64,000 nt of DNA from an uncultured Verrucomicrobiae bacterium (GTDB taxonomy: Bacteria; Verrucomicrobiota; Verrucomicrobiia; Chthoniobacterales; UBA10450), in contig CAWIBO010000005.1 of assembly GCA_963834385.1 (NCBI GenBank), forward strand, positions 96,001 through 160,000, written 5' to 3'. Positions 61,509 through 64,000 of this stretch are shown piece after piece. The translations under genes were made by a program, and so were the position numbers. Within the stretch, counting starts at the first letter, position 1; every line of letters begins with the position of its first letter. Under the pieces are notes generated by a model. That model was not told where the DNA came from and searched no databases. It saw only the letters and a list, made by a program, of their open reading frames with translations.

Positions 61509-62353
61509 TGCAGAAGAAGACGGCCGGCCGAGGCGCCGAGGGTGGCGGCGAGGCCGAGCACGACCGTCTCCGCCACGCAGGTAAGCGGAGTGGCTTCCTC
61601 GAAGCGACCAAAAAACCAGAGAATGCCGGCGGAGACGACGAGGGCGATGGCGTAGCTGATGGTGGTGCCGACGACGACGGAAAAGCGGCCCTGGCCGCGC
61701 ACAAACCGGCGCGATCCCATGAACTCGATGTAGTAGAGAATGAGCGCCGTCAGCAGGAGCGAGAGCAGGACAAGACCAAGCAGCATCTCGACCGAGCTTT
61801 GCGTCGCGATCAGGACCACCTCGTCGGTCGGGGCGACGTTGGCCGCGAAAAGAACCGCGCCGCAACAGGCGATGACAATCTGGCCGCCGAAGTGAATCTC
61901 GTCGCGTGCGCCGTTCTTGAAGCCGGCACGCTTCTTTTTCTTCTCCGGTTCGCCGCCGCCCAGTTGGGAAGTGCCGACGGAAATGCCGATGGCGACGGTC
62001 ATGGCCTCGACCGTTATCTTGCCGACGACTTCATACAACGGCGTTTCGCCGTCCACCTGTCCGAGGAGGATGAGCACGCCCATGGCCACGAGCAAACCGA
62101 GGCCCATTTCCTCCACCGAATCGATCACGACCTCGGTCCAGGAAGCGTCCTCGTGCAGGCCGGCATAACGGTTGTAACCGAGGAGGAGCAGGAAAACGCC
62201 CCCGAGATAAAGCAGGAGCTGCCAGGGCTCGGCTTTAAAGCCGGCCCACCAGATCTCCATGGTGTAGAGAAGCGGCAGGCTGAACATGAGGCCGCCGGCG
62301 ATGCCCCGGGCGTACTCGCGCAGGGAATTGCCAACCGGCGGGGCGACCGTCAT
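61505..62353 (-). CDS. TIGR02587 family membrane protein
   Basis: RGIAGGLMFSLPLLYTMEIWW, NVAPTDEV, GASAGRLL. Confidence 0.85.
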   Translation of the reverse strand: MTVAPPVGNSLREYARGIAGGLMFSLPLLYTMEIWWAGFKAEPWQLLLYLGGVFLLLLGYNRYAGLHEDASWTEVVIDSVEEMGLGLLVAMGVLILLGQVDGETPLYEVVGKITVEAMTVAIGISVGTSQLGGGEPEKKKKRAGFKNGARDEIHFGGQIVIACCGAVLFAANVAPTDEVVLIATQSSVEMLLGLVLLSLLLTALILYYIEFMGSRRFVRGQGRFSVVVGTTISYAIALVVSAGILWFFGRFEEATPLTCVAETVVLGLAATLGASAGRLLLQ

Positions 62354-62394
62354 ACAGGCAATTCGCACCGGATGGCCGGGGCGCGTGTTTTTGT

Positions 62395-62997
62395 TCAGGC
62401 CGGCCGGGGCATCTCGAAGCGGTCGCGGGTTCGGCAATACCAATGCGGGCTGGCCATGCGCCCAATGACATGGAGCCGCTCCGTCCTGATCCGCAGCCTT
62501 TCGCGGTCGATGAATTCGTCCCGCACATGCAGCCGTTTCACCCGGCCGATGATGACGCGGTTGCCCTCGATCTCGAGCGTGCCCCATTCGGTGCATTCAA
62601 AGCTGGCGGGCGATTCCGCGATGCGCGGCGGCTTCACCACCGAGGAGGGGAGCGTTTTCAGACCGGTCGATTCCAGTTCGTTCGTGCCATGGGGCAGGGA
62701 GGCGGAGGTCTGGTTCATTGCTTCGCCCAGGGCTTCGTCTACGAGGTTGACGACAAACTCGCGCGTCGCGCGAATGTTGCGCGCGGTGTCCTTCGGTTCG
62801 CCGTCGGCCCGGTCGCCCGGGCAGATCATGAGCATGGCGGGATTGCCCCCGATGGCGTTAAAGAAACTGAAAGGCGCCGCATTCAGTTTCCCGTCGGGTG
62901 AGAGCGAAGTGACCCAGGCGATCGGCCGCGGCGTCACCAGTGAAACCAGCATCGCGTAACTGCGCCCGGCGTGTTCTCCTTCGAGATCGAGTTCCAT
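62395..62997 (-). CDS. flavin reductase (DIM6/NTAB) family protein
   Basis: VTPRPIAWV, NAAPFSFFN, KDTARNI..TREFVVN, PPRIAESP. Confidence 0.9.
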   Translation of the reverse strand: MELDLEGEHAGRSYAMLVSLVTPRPIAWVTSLSPDGKLNAAPFSFFNAIGGNPAMLMICPGDRADGEPKDTARNIRATREFVVNLVDEALGEAMNQTSASLPHGTNELESTGLKTLPSSVVKPPRIAESPASFECTEWGTLEIEGNRVIIGRVKRLHVRDEFIDRERLRIRTERLHVIGRMASPHWYCRTRDRFEMPRPA

Positions 62998-63020
62998 GGC
63001 GGAATGTATACGCAAATCGT

Positions 63021-63049
63021 CCGCAGATTGCGCAGATTTACACAGATTA
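63021..63049. repeat. short tandem (c)gcagatt-type repeat
   Basis: cgcagatt g cgcagatt ta cacagatt, intergenic. Confidence 0.55.
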
Positions 63050-63082
63050 AAGCAGCCTGAATCCGCGGAGTTCTTGCCCAGG

Positions 63083-64000
63083 CTACGACCGGCGCTGCTT
63101 GATTGCCGCCAGAATCTCCGCGACCACTTCATCGCGCGGCCGGGCCCCGAGGTTGCCCTGGCCGTGCACGCGCACGCTGACGGCGCCGGCCTCGAGGTCG
63201 CGCGCGCCGAGCACGAGCATGGTGTGGACTTTCATCTGCTCGGCGCTGGAGATCTTGGCCTTGATATGATCGTTGCTCGCGTCGAGCTCGCAGCGGACCT
63301 GGGCCGAGCGGAGTTCCGCCTGAAGGGCGCGCGCATACTCCAGGAGCGGCGCCTCGTCCCCGATGGGCAGGATGCGGACCTGTTCCGGGGCGAGCCAGAG
63401 CGGGAAATTGCCGGCGTAATGCTCGATGAGGAAGCCAATGAAGCGCTCGTGCGTGCCGAGCGGCGCCCGGTGGATGCAGAGCGGATGTTTCTCCGTGTTA
63501 TCGCGGTCCTTGTAGACCAGCCCAAAGCGGGGCGGCACCGCGAAATCGACCTGGTTGGTCGCAATGGAAAACTCGCGCCCGATCGCGCTCCAGACCTGCA
63601 CATCGATCTTGGGGCCGTAAAAGGCGGCTTCGTTCGGGACCTCCACGTAGTTGATCCCGCTGCGCTGGAGAACGCCGCGCACCATTTCCTCCGTCCGGAG
63701 CCAGAGAGGCGAGTTGTCGACAAACTTCTGGCCGAGCCGGGCCGGGTCGTGCGTGGAGAAGCGCATGACGTATTTCTCGATCCCGAAGATCTTGAAGTAG
63801 TCGAGGTAGAGCTGGTTGACCGCGTTGAACTCGGCCTCGAACTGCTCTTCGGTGCAGTAGATGTGAGCGTCGTTCATCTGCATGGAGCGAACGCGCATCA
63901 GGCCGAAGAGTTCGCCTGATTGTTCGTAGCGGTAGCAGGTGCCGTATTCGGCAAAGCGCAGCGGGAGGTCGCGATAACTGTGCGGCACCGCAGCGAAAAG
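63083..64000 (-). CDS. thrS: threonyl-tRNA synthetase, 3' part (5' end outside the window)
   Basis: SYRDLPLRFAE, YRYEQSGEL.GLMRVR, DAH, AFYGPKID, IHRAPLGTHERF, PLWLAPEQV. Confidence 0.97.
   Translation of the reverse strand, partial: LFAAVPHSYRDLPLRFAEYGTCYRYEQSGELFGLMRVRSMQMNDAHIYCTEEQFEAEFNAVNQLYLDYFKIFGIEKYVMRFSTHDPARLGQKFVDNSPLWLRTEEMVRGVLQRSGINYVEVPNEAAFYGPKIDVQVWSAIGREFSIATNQVDFAVPPRFGLVYKDRDNTEKHPLCIHRAPLGTHERFIGFLIEHYAGNFPLWLAPEQVRILPIGDEAPLLEYARALQAELRSAQVRCELDASNDHIKAKISSAEQMKVHTMLVLGARDLEAGAVSVRVHGQGNLGARPRDEVVAEILAAIKQRRS

Overview
GC-rich bacterial chromosomal segment. The gene families (ELKRRNV-type TolB-like/TPR protein, intergenic short-repeat mosaics, secreted proteins with DxDxDG tails) suggest Verrucomicrobia, probably Chthoniobacterales; this taxonomy is an inference. 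About 15 genes are split by single-base frameshifts, most likely long-read assembly errors. Main contents: (1) a translationally coupled kynU-trpD-trpC-trpF-trpB-trpA operon lacking trpE/trpG, preceded by a candidate one-Trp leader peptide with mutually exclusive antiterminator/terminator stems. This looks like a kynurenine-to-tryptophan salvage operon resembling that of Chlamydia caviae but attenuator-controlled, and it sits between the catabolic genes nbaD and nbaC, with kmo and a KynB-like cyclase elsewhere in the window. (2) A purine catabolism cluster (xdhC, pucL, uraD, uraH, alc, allB, a HpcH/citrate-lyase-like gene, xdhAB, ade). (3) A methanethiol oxidase-like gene with an SCO gene, next to a molybdoenzyme cluster (FdhF/YdeP, fdhD, MOSC, mobA). 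(4) DNA repair genes (ku, class II photolyase, recQ), secreted proteins including a kexin-like protease, and the 3' part of thrS. No rRNA, tRNA, CRISPR array or transposase was recognised.
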